Shown here: positions 1-11,130 of the stretch, one piece after another | Layout: each line of letters begins with the position of its first letter | Numbering within the stretch: position 1 is the first letter of the stretch | Assembly (NCBI RefSeq): GCF_039654945.1 | Contig: NW_027361840.1 | Span: forward strand, 8,742,001-8,806,000 | Direction: 5' to 3' | DNA from: Dendrobates tinctorius | Taxonomy: Eukaryota | Length of the DNA: 64,000 nt | Notes under the pieces: generated by a model | Databases searched by the model: none | The model's input: only the letters and a program-made list of their open reading frames with translations | Told to the model about the DNA's origin: nothing | Position numbers and translations under genes: made by a program

Positions 1-1287
1 CTTTGACCAGCTTTTCCATGTCCTCCGTTGGGAAACATGGACGGCCGCCTATATCGCTGTCCGAGGAGGATTCTGAGGACTGAGCAGAGGAAGAGGAGGT
101 TGAGGGGGACAAGGATCTATCCCGCCCCTTCTGCCTTGGCGAGGCCTCTGAATCGGAGCTCCTTCTATTATCTTTCTTTTTAAGGGCTGCCTTTAGAGAA
201 CCTTTCACCTCCTGTTGTATTAACTCTTTAAGGCTAGTCACCAAATCAGGGGTCTCCTCCTGCATAGTTTTGTTTATACAGTCAGCGCAGAGGTCTTTCT
301 GCCACTGATCTGCTAGCGGGTGTTTGCAAAGGGCGCATTCTCTATTCTTGGTTTTGCTGCTAGCCTTCCTCGACCCCTAGTGATCAAACAGAGAAAATGG
401 AACCCCGTTACCATAAGGGTGACATTCACGTAGATCACTCACCACCGCTGTCAATCAGGGGTACCGATCTCGGAGGCTCCTCAGATGCACTCGTGACGTT
501 TCTCCTGGATGTCTCAGAGTCATGCCGGTTGCGTTTATGACTGACGCTCCCACCAATCGAGCGACTGCTCCTAGCATGCTGGCGGCTCGGCCTGGCATCT
601 GGCGAGAGGTCTTGCTGCTGACGCTGCTGTTGCTGACGCTGCTCATCTTGCCCCACTTCCATCATGAAGCCTTGGGCATGAGTGCGTCTTCTGTGGTCAT
701 CCCCCTTATGTAAGGGGGATCCACTGCACTCTCCGCCTCCTCCGGTTACCCCCACAGCCCTCCCCCCTCCTGCCATGCCGCCGGGATCTCCTTTCGCCGG
801 CCGGCGTTGTTTGCTATGGGTGCCGCCATCTTGGATCACCGGCGCCGCCTCCCAATGCCACGCGGGCACGCCCCTTTCCCAGCGTGCCCTGCGTGTGACG
901 TCAGAGGTGCGCGACCCAGAAACGGCCGCTCCCTGACGCTCCTGCGCTGCTTCTGGACGCGGCAGAGGGGGAGAGGGCGGCGCGGCAGCCACGGCAGAGC
1001 CCCAGGACCCCAGCCGTGCTGCTTCTGTGCCCGCTCGGACGCTGAGCCCCCGGGGGACCCGCGGACGGCGCTTCCCCCTCCCGACACACAGCGCTCAGGA
1101 ACCAGCCTGATCTTCCACGCCGGCACGAGAGAGGGGCATGTATGTGATCTTCAGAACACGGGTCCCTGTCAGGACAGGAAACCCAACTGAAGCGGGAGAG
1201 GTACCGCCCCTTTTATCTTCAGTAGGGTTCCTGTCCTGACTGGGTGGATCCCCTCTCTCATGTGTGCCGTCATGGGAGACGGGAAAA
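1..1287 (-). mobile_element. 5' portion of a DIRS-like (tyrosine-recombinase) retrotransposon inserted into the Gypsy pol
   Basis: Minus strand 376->1 is open (GSRKASSKTKNRECALCKHPLADQWQKDLCADCINK...), with a CxxC-x11-CxxC motif followed by coiled/Ser-rich sequence like DIRS ORF1/gag. There is an inverted repeat at 1168-1190 / 1219-1240. The terminus reads TTTTCCCGTCTCCCATGAC on the minus strand at 1287, where Gypsy pol homology starts abruptly. Family assignment is from resemblance, not a search. Confidence 0.65.
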
Positions 1288-4226
1288 CTTTGCTGGCCCA
1301 AATGCTGCGAAAAGGAGTGATACGGGAAAGTCAAAGCCCCTGGGCGGCCCCAATCGTGTTGGTCCGGAAGAAAAATGGTACACTACGATTCTGTGTGGAT
1401 TATCGTAAACTGAATGCTTGCACTATTAAAGACTCATACCCACTGCCCCGCATAGAAGAATCCCTGTCTGCCTTGGGGAAGGCAACATATTTTTCGACCC
1501 TGGACTTGGCCAGTGGGTACTGGCAGGTGCCCATGTCAGAAGAAGATAGAGCCAAGACGGCGTTCATAATGCCCATGGGACTGTTTGAGTTTTATCGGAT
1601 GCCATTCGGGCTGGCCAATGCCCCCGGGACCTTTCAGTGATTGATGGAGCGATGTCTATGGGATCTCAATTTTAAGGCCACGTTGATCTACCTGGACGAC
1701 ATCATTGTCTATGCCGCCACCTTCGAGGACCACCTGAAGCGGTTGGGACAGGTACTCAGCCGGTTGCAAAAGTACGGGTTGAAGGTGAAGCCTCAGAAAT
1801 GCCACCTATTTTGCTCTCAGATTGAGTATCTGGGTCATGTCGTTTCGGCAGAGGGTGTGAGGCCATCCCGAGAGAAGGTTGCTGCTATCCAGGAATGGCC
1901 TACCCCCGAGACGGTGAAAGATGTGTGGGCTTTTCTGGGGTTGGCCGGATATTACCGTTGCTTCGTAAAGAATTTTGCATGTCGAGCTCGAGCCTTGCAC
2001 GACCTGCTGAAGGGGACTCCCGCTGGGGCCAATGGGCGAAGAATCCAGTGGCAACACCCTCAAGAAGAGGCCTTCCGAGACCTCAAGGCTGCGCTTTCGG
2101 ATGCCCCAGTGTTGGCTTTTGCGGATTTCTCCCAACCGTTCATCTTGCACACTGACGGGAGTCTTCACGATCTGGGGGCTGTGTTGTCACAGGTTCAGGA
2201 TGGCCAGGAGAGGGTGATCACATATGGAAGTCGCTCACTCCATGACTCCGAGCGTAACCCTGACAATAACAGCTCCTTTAAGCTCGAGCTCCTCGCAGTG
2301 GTGTGGGCTATGACGGAGAGATTCGCAGAGTACCTAGCGGGCTCCGAGGTGGTAGTGCGAACTGACAACAACCCGCTGGCTCATTTGGAACACGCCAAAT
2401 TGGGGGCTCTGGAACAGCGACGGGTGGCCCGGATGGCGAAGTACAATTATAAGATTATCTACAAAAGAGGGGTCGAGAATGTCCATGAAGACGCCCTCTC
2501 CAGAATTCAACATACAACTCCAGGACGGAATCGAGACGAAGAATTAGAAGGAGAGGAAATACCGTTCGCTCTCACTGCTGCCGTGCTCACAACTGACAAT
2601 AAAAAAATATCTTCCTCTGAGACCCCGAGGGGCATACTGGAACAATCCCGGGATAAGTGGATACAACAGCAACAAGAAGACGAAGAGGTTGGCCTTCTCA
2701 GGACATGGGTCGCCGCTGGGCAATTACCCCCTGACTTTCAACGGCAAAATTTGACTCAAGACCTGTTGCTTATGCTGCGACAATGGGAGAGGTTGGTTAT
2801 CCGAAATGGATTATTGTATCGTAAAATAACATCACAAACAACCTCAATGACGGTTTTGCAGGTGGTTACGCCAGGAGCCCAACTTCACGTACTGGCTCGG
2901 GAGGCTCACAAAAAAGGGGCCCATTTCGGAACAAAAAAAACTTTGCAATGGCTGCACCCGCGCTTGCCGGCTGTTGTGGACGAAATTTGCCGGACCTGCC
3001 GCTTGTGTGAATTAGCCAAACCACCCGCTCAGCGAGCCGCAACACAGACTATTGTGACCTCAGCGCCCCTTGAGCTCCTGACGGTGGATTATCTGACCAT
3101 TGGGCCTGCATTTCAGGGATACGAACACTGCCTCGTCATGGTGGATCACTTCACCAAGTTCGCTGTGGTCACCCCCACTCGGGATCAGACTGCAGAGTCA
3201 GCTGCCTCCGCAATTTGTAGAAACTTTATACAAATATACGGCTGTCCTCAACGAATACATTCTGATCAGGGAGCATGTTTTTTGGGAAAAGTCATGGAAG
3301 AACTACATCACCTCTATGGAACTGACAAATCCCGGACCACACCGTATCACCCGCAAGGGAATGGGGCTTGTGAACGATTTAATCAGACATTGATTCAGAT
3401 GTTGCGCACTCTGGAGAGTGACAAGAAGGCCCGTTGACCCGAATATGTTTCTGAATTAGTTTGGGTTTATAACAATAGGGTACATCGAGTGACTGGCTAT
3501 ACCCCCTATTCCCTGTTGTTCGGACGAGAAGGTAAAGGGATCACGGAGGTGGAGTTAGACCCCAAAGAACCTCAGCCCTGGACTGGAGTGTCGTCTTGGG
3601 TCCAAAATCATCGCCACCGGCTGCAAACTCTTCACCGAATTGTACACACCAAGCTCCGAGACTGGGAGCACCCAGGGAAGAATGCAACCCCAGCTCCTCA
3701 CCTCCAAAGCGGGGACCGGGTGCTTGTACTAGATCAACGCCCCCAGAACAAACTGGAGCCGCGTTGGGAAGAAAGTCCTTATCGGGTCTTACGCCGTATC
3801 CATACAGACGGACCGGTGTACGAAATACGACCTGAGGAGGATGAAACACTGCCCACTCGTATTGTGCATCGTAATATGTTACGCCCATGTACTTCCTCCG
3901 ACCCGAAGCAACCGGAGCCTACCCCGTCGACATCCGAACCGTCTTCCATATGTTGGGACCCGGACGACGACGAAGATTGTCTCCCAGGACACAGAGGCCC
4001 TCCACTCAGTAATGAATCATATGACACAATTAGCCCGCCCGCACCAATCAGCCCACCGATGTCCACCACCCCAGACGACTCTGCCCCAGTTGAACTTAGA
4101 CGCTCCAAGCGGTCAACAGCCGGCAAACCCCCTGAACGATATGAGCAAGATCAATTCATATGGCAACGAACATTGAAACCCCTACAGACCGATCTCAATA
4201 GACTAAGGCCCTCGCCCGAGGACTGA
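1288..4226 (+). pseudogene. Ty3/Gypsy pol (RT-RNase H-integrase), disabled by two in-frame stops
   Basis: RT motifs SPWAAPIVLVRKK, CVDYRKLN, MPFGL, YLDD; RNase H LHTDGS...TDNNPL; integrase VDY...HSDQG...YHPQGNGACERFN. One frame, broken by TGA at 1638-1640 (expected CGA/Arg) and at 3435-3437 (expected TGG/Trp). Confidence 0.95.
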
Positions 4227-4247
4227 TGAGCTTACAGGGTGGGGGAG

Positions 4248-5354
4248 TGTGGGGAGGAGGACTCCCAGACAGTGACCGGGCAGGTACCCAGGGGACCGCC
4301 ATCAGGGTTCCTAAGGGAACGATACTGGGAGGACATTAAAGGGAGAGACTTGACTAAAGTTGTCAGGGAAACGGGGCGGGGCAAGGATAAAAGGAGCAGG
4401 GGGCGCGCTGAAGTGGCAGTTGGGAGAGAGTGTGACAGGAGTCAGGAAGCCGGGTGACTTGGAGGGACACCGACAGGAGCCTGTGAGGAGGATACTGCGC
4501 ACTCACCGACAAGGGAGACGTGAGAGACTTTTACCGGAGGCCACTTCCCGCCCCCGTTCGCAGAGAATCACGCCCGCCGCCCCCTGCCTTTGTGAGACTG
4601 ATCCCTTACCTCAGGTCGCAGCTGTGACTACACGTAAACCGGCCACAGAGGCCTGGACACTGCCCCCCGGCCTTCTCCCACCGCAGCAACCCTATAATCA
4701 TCGGCCTCAGGGGACACCACCTCGTCCTAGGCGACATTAGAGTCCCATTTCCCGGCTGTGGAGGGACCCTTATCAGAGGACAGCTACTGGTCATTTGGGG
4801 AACTGCGCTATTACCGCGCCCCACCGACATCGTTTCTTCAGGGCCTGTTGCGCCCCACCATCATCGTTTCTTCAGGGCCTGTTGCGCCCCACCAGCATTG
4901 TTTCTTCAGGGCCTGTTGCGCCCCACCGACATTGTTTCTTCAGAGCCTGCTGCGCCCCACCGGCATCGTTCTTTCAGGGCCTGTTGCGCCCCCACCGACA
5001 TCGTTTCTTCAGGGCCTGTTGCGCCCCACCGCCTTCGTTTCTTCAGGGCCTGTTGTGCCCCACCGGCATCATTTCTTGAGGGCCTGTCGAGCCCAAATCT
5101 TCCCGGGATATCGAGGCGTCAAGACAGCCGCATCAACAGCCACGTTCTGGCTTTCTACACCCGGACTAGCTGGGTACTCCCAGTTTCCTTAGAAAAGTAT
5201 TGTTTGTTTTATTGAGTCCCTGCGAGGACAGATGTGTTTACCCCTTTCTGCCTGTTCAGCATGGCCCTAGGGGCTCCCATTTATAAAAGTTGATTATACA
5301 AGTTATACCCTGTCTCGTGTCTCGTCACTGCATCCTGAGAATCTGCTGGTCACA
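4248..5354 (+). mobile_element. 3' LTR of the Gypsy element (about 1.1 kb)
   Basis: A polypurine tract AGGGTGGGGGAG (4236-4247) directly after pol is followed by TGTGG. The putative end is ...GGTCACA at 5354. The partner LTR is outside the window, so the 3' edge is inferred. Confidence 0.75.
4820..5085. repeat. 34-bp tandem repeat inside the LTR (about 8 copies)
   Basis: Unit CATCGTTTCTTCAGGGCCTGTTGCGCCCCACCGA recurs at 4828, 4862, 4896 and onward. Confidence 0.9.
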
Positions 5355-5410
5355 ACATGAGTGTCGGTGGTCTCCACAGTATCCCCCCTTTTATACATTC
5401 TTGGACATAC

Positions 5411-5548
5411 CGGATCCAGTGCCGCCACACAGGCTGTGCAGCATCACCGCGCCGCTGTAACAATCCCGCCTCTCCACCTCTCTCCGGACAGCCTCCATGG
5501 TTCTGTGCAGCAGACTCTCCTCCGCGCTGCTCGTAATCTCCTGGTATC
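5411..5548 (-). CDS. Zeta (cryptic)-tubulin-like gene, coding exon 4
   Basis: tag|...|gtatgt, 138 nt, phase 1-1. Encodes (G)YQEITSSAEESLLHRTMEAVRREVERRDCYSGAVMLHSLCGGTGS(G), which carries the tubulin signature GGTGSG. Confidence 0.92.
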
Positions 5549-5829
5549 CTATTAATCAAGTGGAGAACGGCAACATGAGTGATGGCGGAGCTATATTATA
5601 GACACTACGTGGCCACACACATGGCAGCGGGCCCTGGGCCGTCCTGTGCGTAGCCCCTGCTCTGGACGGCTCCTTCTGCAAAACCCTGAGATGAGGGCTA
5701 CACAACAACGTGAGTCTCTGGCATCAGAGGTGATGATTCTCCATGGTGCCACATTGGGAACTTCGTCCTACGGTAACTGCAGGACTCTGTCCCATATACT
5801 TCACTGCATGTCACATGCGACCACAGCTC

Positions 5830-6250
5830 CATGACACATGCATGATGCAACTGTGCTACAGCGTGCTGCAACTGCTACAATGTGCGACAACTGTGCTACA
5901 GCGTGCTGCAACTGCTACAATGTGCGACAACAGTGCTACAGCGTGCTGCAACTGCTACAGCGTATTGCCACTGTGCTATAGAATGCATCAACTGCTACAA
6001 CGTACAACTGTGCTACAGAGTGCTGCAACTGCTAAAACGTGCAGCAACTGTGCCACAACGTGCTGTACCTGCTACAGTGTGCTTCTACTGTGTTACAACG
6101 TGCGGCAACTGTGCTACAACTTGCGAGAACTGCTACGACAGCGTGCTGCAACTGTGCTACAGAGTGCTGCAACTGCTACAACTATGCTACAACGTGCGGC
6201 AACTGTGCTACAACGTGCGGCAACTGTGCTACAACGTGCGGCAACTCCTA
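5830..6250. repeat. Irregular minisatellite (GTGCTACA/GCAACT motifs) in a tubulin intron
   Basis: Repeating tgtgctacagcgtgctgcaactgctacaa variants; this explains the Cys/Ala/Thr ORFs in three frames. Confidence 0.85.
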
Positions 6251-6294
6251 TAACTTGCCGTATACAGTACACAGCACCCCTGCCATCTTCTTAC

Positions 6295-6356
6295 CATACG
6301 CCCAGTTGTTGCCTCTTCCTCTCTGTCCCACGATGACATTGGAGTCTCTGAAGTAT
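6295..6356 (-). CDS. Zeta-tubulin-like gene, coding exon 3
   Basis: ttcag|...|gtaaga, 62 nt, phase 2-1. Encodes YFRDSNVIVGQRGRGNNWAY(G), the tubulin GxGNNWAxG motif. Confidence 0.92.
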
Positions 6357-7471
6357 CTGAATGAGAAGACACAAACGTTAGTCACAGCTGGACGAGGGTC
6401 GCGGTGCAGACCCCGGTGAGGACACCAGGGAGGGGGCTGCAGCATGGAGGCAGTGACGTCTGACGGTAATTATACCCCCACTTGGTGGGGATTTCCCCCC
6501 TTAGTGGGCTGTCCTAGTAAAGGTCTACGGAGGCGATATAGGGAGAGACGCCATTCTGGGCTGATTGCTGTATAACAAGTGACCTCCTCTGAGAACATAA
6601 GATGAGGACGCACTCGCCCCACAGCAACAATCAGAGCCGCTGAGCCCAGTGATTGGCTGCAGCAGTGATGCATGCTGCAACACGTCATCACCGCTGCAGC
6701 CAACACAAAGAGAGCAGACAAGGGAGGGCGAGTGCCGTTGTTATTTTACATGGTTGCCGGTGCTTGGGGTCCAGTGTAATTAACATGGGAAACCTCTCCT
6801 AGGGGCTGTCTATAGCCCCTTACTGCTGTGGCGCAGACGTCCGTCATGCTGATTCTATCGGGTATTGGTTCTGCATCCGTGCGATTAGCTGTCACTGATC
6901 AGCGAGCACACAGATCCCTACAGCTTAACCCTTCACATGCTGCAGTCAGTAGCGACTGCGCCGTCAGGTTCGCTATAGAAAAGGCGGAAGCCCACCGGCT
7001 GCATCTGATAATCACTGCAATGCAAAGGTATTAAATGGGGGATCGGGACCATTCAAGAACAAGTACCCAAGATGGACTACAATAAGATAAGAAAAAAGAA
7101 ATTATATAAAAGTAGGAAAATATAAAAATATCAAAATTTGGCATCGCTATGATTGAACTGACCCAGTTACCTTATCACGTATCCCGCACAGTAAACACTG
7201 CAAAAAAAATGCAGAATTGCTGTTTTCTCCCCATTCAGTCCATGAGAAAATATTAAATGTTTTTCAACACATTAGATCTTCCCAGAAATTATTCCATTAC
7301 ATTAGAATTTGTGCAGCAAACAAAAAACACTCGTGGCATCAGCTGATGAGTAATAAAAAACTAAAATAGCTGTGTCCTTTTAAGGGTGAACTTTACTGTT
7401 GCAATAGTATACACACCCAGGTACAGCTCCCCAGACCCCCGGTGATCAGCCATCGTGGGAACCCTACTTAC

Positions 7472-7567
7472 CCCCTCTTCACTTGCTGGCGGAGTTTTCG
7501 GATAACTTTAGGTTCTGTGTCCACACAGATGGCGTTAATGAATCCATCACGTGAGAAATACGGATAC
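7472..7567 (-). CDS. Zeta-tubulin-like gene, coding exon 2
   Basis: ctcacag|...|gtaagt, 96 nt, phase 2-2. Encodes YPYFSRDGFINAICVDTEPKVIRKLRQQVKR(G), the tubulin VDxEP motif. Confidence 0.92.
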
Positions 7568-7959
7568 CTGTGAGAGATGAGAATGCAGCACGCTCAGCTC
7601 ATCCGTACATGTGATCATTGGCAGCCGCTCCGCTTCAGAGCCGGAAGACCCCTCAGAAAATGGTCGAGGGGTAGGACAATATGGGATACGATGACTAAAT
7701 ACCTTTGGTCTGAAACGCGTCTGCCAGTGTGAACTCTCCTCTATAGGGTTAGTGGCTACTATGCTGTTATAATGGATTTTAAAAAATTTCAATAAACATT
7801 CATTTTATGGGATTTCTGCAGCTGGATCCTTTTTTCTTCACTCACCTGAAGACCCCTTCTCCCATAAATCAGCGGATACCATTAGGGGGCCACGGCCATT
7901 CTATTCCCTTAAAAGAGACTTACTGGAAAAAAACAGGCACAAGATGGTGGCCATCTTAC

Positions 7960-8054
7960 CGGTCAGCGTCGGCGAGGTTGCTACTGAGGATTTGCCACCA
8001 TTCCTGTCCGATCTGGTTGCCACATTGTCCAACCTGGAGCCAGATCAGCGACAT
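7960..8054 (-). CDS. Zeta-tubulin-like gene, first coding exon (exon begins at 8060, ATG at 8054)
   Basis: ttttttcccag|CTGGAAATG...CG|gtaaga. Encodes MSLIWLQVGQCGNQIGQEWWQILSSNLADAD(R), with the tubulin N-terminal GQCGNQIG motif. Confidence 0.93.
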
Positions 8055-8222
8055 TTCCAGCTGGGAAAAAAATGGATTAATTCTCACAGATTTTGGGGGT
8101 AAATGGATTAAAAACGGTAAAATTTTGATGTGTCAATATCGAATACTCAAGATTGCTGGACGGGCAACAGAACAGGAACATGAAGGAAGCATGCCAAATA
8201 TACAAAGGGTTTTCTACAGCCT

Positions 8223-11070
8223 TTAACCCCTTCAAGCTCTATGACATATCTGTAGCGGGCTCAAGATCCTTCATAGACAGCCAGCATCTGCCGGTAACAG
8301 CAATGAGCGAGCATTTAAGTCAGGGGCACACCAACATAACCGTGATGTACTGATAGGTTGTCGTGAGCTTGGGGACCTACTGGCGTCTTCCATGGCAGGT
8401 GTGGACGTACTGACGGTTTCCACGGCAGCTGAGAGCCTACTGACGGCTTCCACGGCAGCTGGAGACCTACTGACGGCTTCCACCGCAGCTGGAGACCTAC
8501 TGACGGCTTCCACGGCAGCTGGAGACCTACTGACGGCTTCCACGGCAGCTGGAGACCTACTGACGGCTTCCACGGCAGCTGGAGACCTACTGACGGCTTC
8601 CACGGCAGCTGGAGACCTACTGACGGCTTCCACGGCAGCTGGAGACCTACTGACGGCTTCCACGGCAGCTGGAGACCTACTGACGGCTTCCACGGCAGCT
8701 GGAGACCTACTGACGGCTTCCACGGCAGCTGGAGACCTACTGACGGCTTCCACGGCAGCTGGAGACCTACTGACGGCTTCCACGGCAGCTGGAGACCTAC
8801 TGACGGCTTCCACGGCAGCTGGAGACCTACTGACGGCTTCCACGGCAGCTGGAGACCTACTGACGGCTTCCACGGCAGCTGGAGACCTACTGACGGCTTC
8901 CACGGCAGCTGGAGACCTACTGACGGCTTCCACGGCAGCTGGAGACCTACTGACGGCTTCCACGGCAGCTGGAGACCTACTGACGGCTTCCACGGCAGCT
9001 GGAGTCCTACTGACGGCTTCCACGGCAGCTGGAGACCTACTGACGGCTTCCACGGCAGCTGGAGTCCTACTGACTGCTTCCACGGCAGCTGGAGTCCTAC
9101 TGACTGCTTCCACGGCAGCTGGAGACCTAATGGCGGCTTCCACGGCAGCTGGAGACCTACTGGCGGCTTCCACGGCAGCTGGAGACCTACTGGCGGCTTC
9201 CACGGCAGCTGGAGACCTACTGGCGGCTTCCAAGGCAGCTGGAGACCTACTGGCGGCTTCCACGGCAGCTGGAGACCTACTGGCGGCTTCCACGGCAGCT
9301 GGAGACCTACTGGCGGCTTCCACGGCAGCTGGAGACCTACTGGCGGCTTCCACGGCAGCTGGAGACCTAATGGCGGCTTCCACGGCAGCTGGGGACCTAA
9401 TGGAGCTTCCACGGCAGCTGGGGACCTACTGACGGCTTCCACGGCAGCTGGAGACCTAATGGCGGCTTCCACGGCAGCTGGAGACCTAATGGCGGCTTCC
9501 ACGGCAGCTGGAGACCTAATGGCGGCTTCCACGGCAGCTGGAGACCTAATGGCGGCTTCCACGGCAGCTGGAGACCTACTGGCGGCTTCCACGGCAGCTG
9601 GAGACCTACTGGCGGCTTCCACGGCAGCTGGAGACCTACTGGCGGCTTCCACGGCAGCTGGAGACCTACTGGCGGCTTCCACGGCAGCTGGAGACCTACT
9701 GGCGGCTTCCACGGCAGCTGGAGACCTACTGGCGGCTTCCACGGCAGCTGGAGACCTACTGGCGGCTTCCACGGCAGCTGGAGACCTACTGGCGGCTTCC
9801 ACGGCAGCTGGAGACCTACTGGCGGCTTCCACGGCAGCTGGAGACCTACTGGCGGCTTCCACGGCAGCTGGAGACCTACTGGCGGCTTCCACGGCAGCTG
9901 GAGACCTACTGGCGGCTTCCACGGCAGCTGGAGACCTACTGGCGGCTTCCACGGCAGCTGGAGACCTACTGGCGGCTTCCACGGCAGCTGGAGACCTACT
10001 GGCGGCTTCCACGGCAGCTGGAGACCTACTGGCGGCTTCCACGGCAGCTGGAGACCTACTGGCGGCTTCCACGGCAGCTGGAGACCTACTGGCGGCTTCC
10101 AAGGCAGCTGGAGACCTACTGGCGGCTTCCAAGGCACCTGGAGACCTACTGGCGGCTTCCACGGCAGCTGGAGACCTAATGGCTGCTTCCACGGCAGCTG
10201 GTGACCTAATGGCGGCTTCCACGGCAGCTGGGGACCTAATGGAGCTTCCACGGCAGCTGGAGACCTACTGACGGCTTCCACGGCAGCTGGAGACCTAATG
10301 GCGGCTTCCACGGCAGCTGGAGACCTAATGGCGGCTTCCACGGCAGCTGGAGACCTAATGGCGGCTTCCACGGCAGCTGGTGACCTAATGGCTGCTTCCA
10401 CGGCAGCTGGTGACCTAATGGCGACTTCCACGGCAGCTGGAGACCTACTGATGGCTTTCACGGCAACTGGGGACCTACTGACGACTTCCACAGCAGCTGG
10501 AGACCTACTAATGGCTTCCACGGCAGTTGGAGACCTAATGACGGCTTCCATGGCAGCTGGGGATTTACTGGCGGCTTCCATGGCAGCTGGGAATTTACTG
10601 GCGGCTTCCATGGCAGCCATCTTGGGCCTGCTGTGAAGCTGCAGGCTGAACTCCATAGAAGGCTGCGTACTGCAGGGTCCAGAACAGATGACCGCAGAAT
10701 CCAGTCCCCTATGGGGTCTAAAATAAAGTCAAATACAAAAAAAAAGAAAGAAAGGAAAAGGTTTTTGCTGTTAATCGCTGTTCTTTGCTCAGCGCAGCCA
10801 CCTCCACCCAAAAAAAAAGTAAAAGGCGACCGGAATGCTCTATGCGCCACGCGGAGGACGCGCCTCGCAGAAACACATTTTTTCACCATCACATTAGGAA
10901 TTGTTTCCTCTTTCTCGGTACATTATATGGTAAAACTGAAGCAGCCATTCACAACTATGACACTTCCTACAAAAGTGAAAAACAACAACAGGCCTCATGA
11001 GGCGAGAGAGGGAAAAGGAAAGAGGTCCTGGCTTCAAAAACGGAAGTTGTCTGTGTCCTTCAGCAGTTAA
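8223..11070. mobile_element. Degenerate TTAA-type (piggyBac-like) non-autonomous element hosting the 30-bp array
   Basis: Starts TTAACCCCTT at about 8223. The right end (...gtccttcagcagttaa) resembles the ...aaggggttaa ends of the copies at 36106 and 40118. Confidence 0.4.
8372..10618. repeat. 30-bp tandem array (about 75 copies) in tubulin intron 1
   Basis: Unit GGAGACCTACTG(A/G)CGGCTTCCACGGCAGCT; homogeneous core, degenerate edges, two 29-bp units. Confidence 0.98.
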
Positions 11071-11130
11071 TAATTATCAATTTATTTACGCTAAAAACCA
11101 CTGGACACAATAAGTTAATGTTATTGATAA

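Noticed and set aside
5411-8054. Calling the tubulin TUBD1, or an alpha/beta pseudogene
   Set aside because: It lacks MREI/MREC and the longer delta N-terminal insert, and its intact introns and phases argue against a processed pseudogene. No gene symbol is assigned pending phylogeny.
8271-10656. Long minus-strand ORFs of AAVEAASRSP repeats (up to 635 aa) as a mucin- or antifreeze-like gene
   Set aside because: They follow automatically from a stop-poor 30-bp unit, are open on both strands, are broken by 29-bp units, and lie in tubulin intron 1 with no unique coding flanks.
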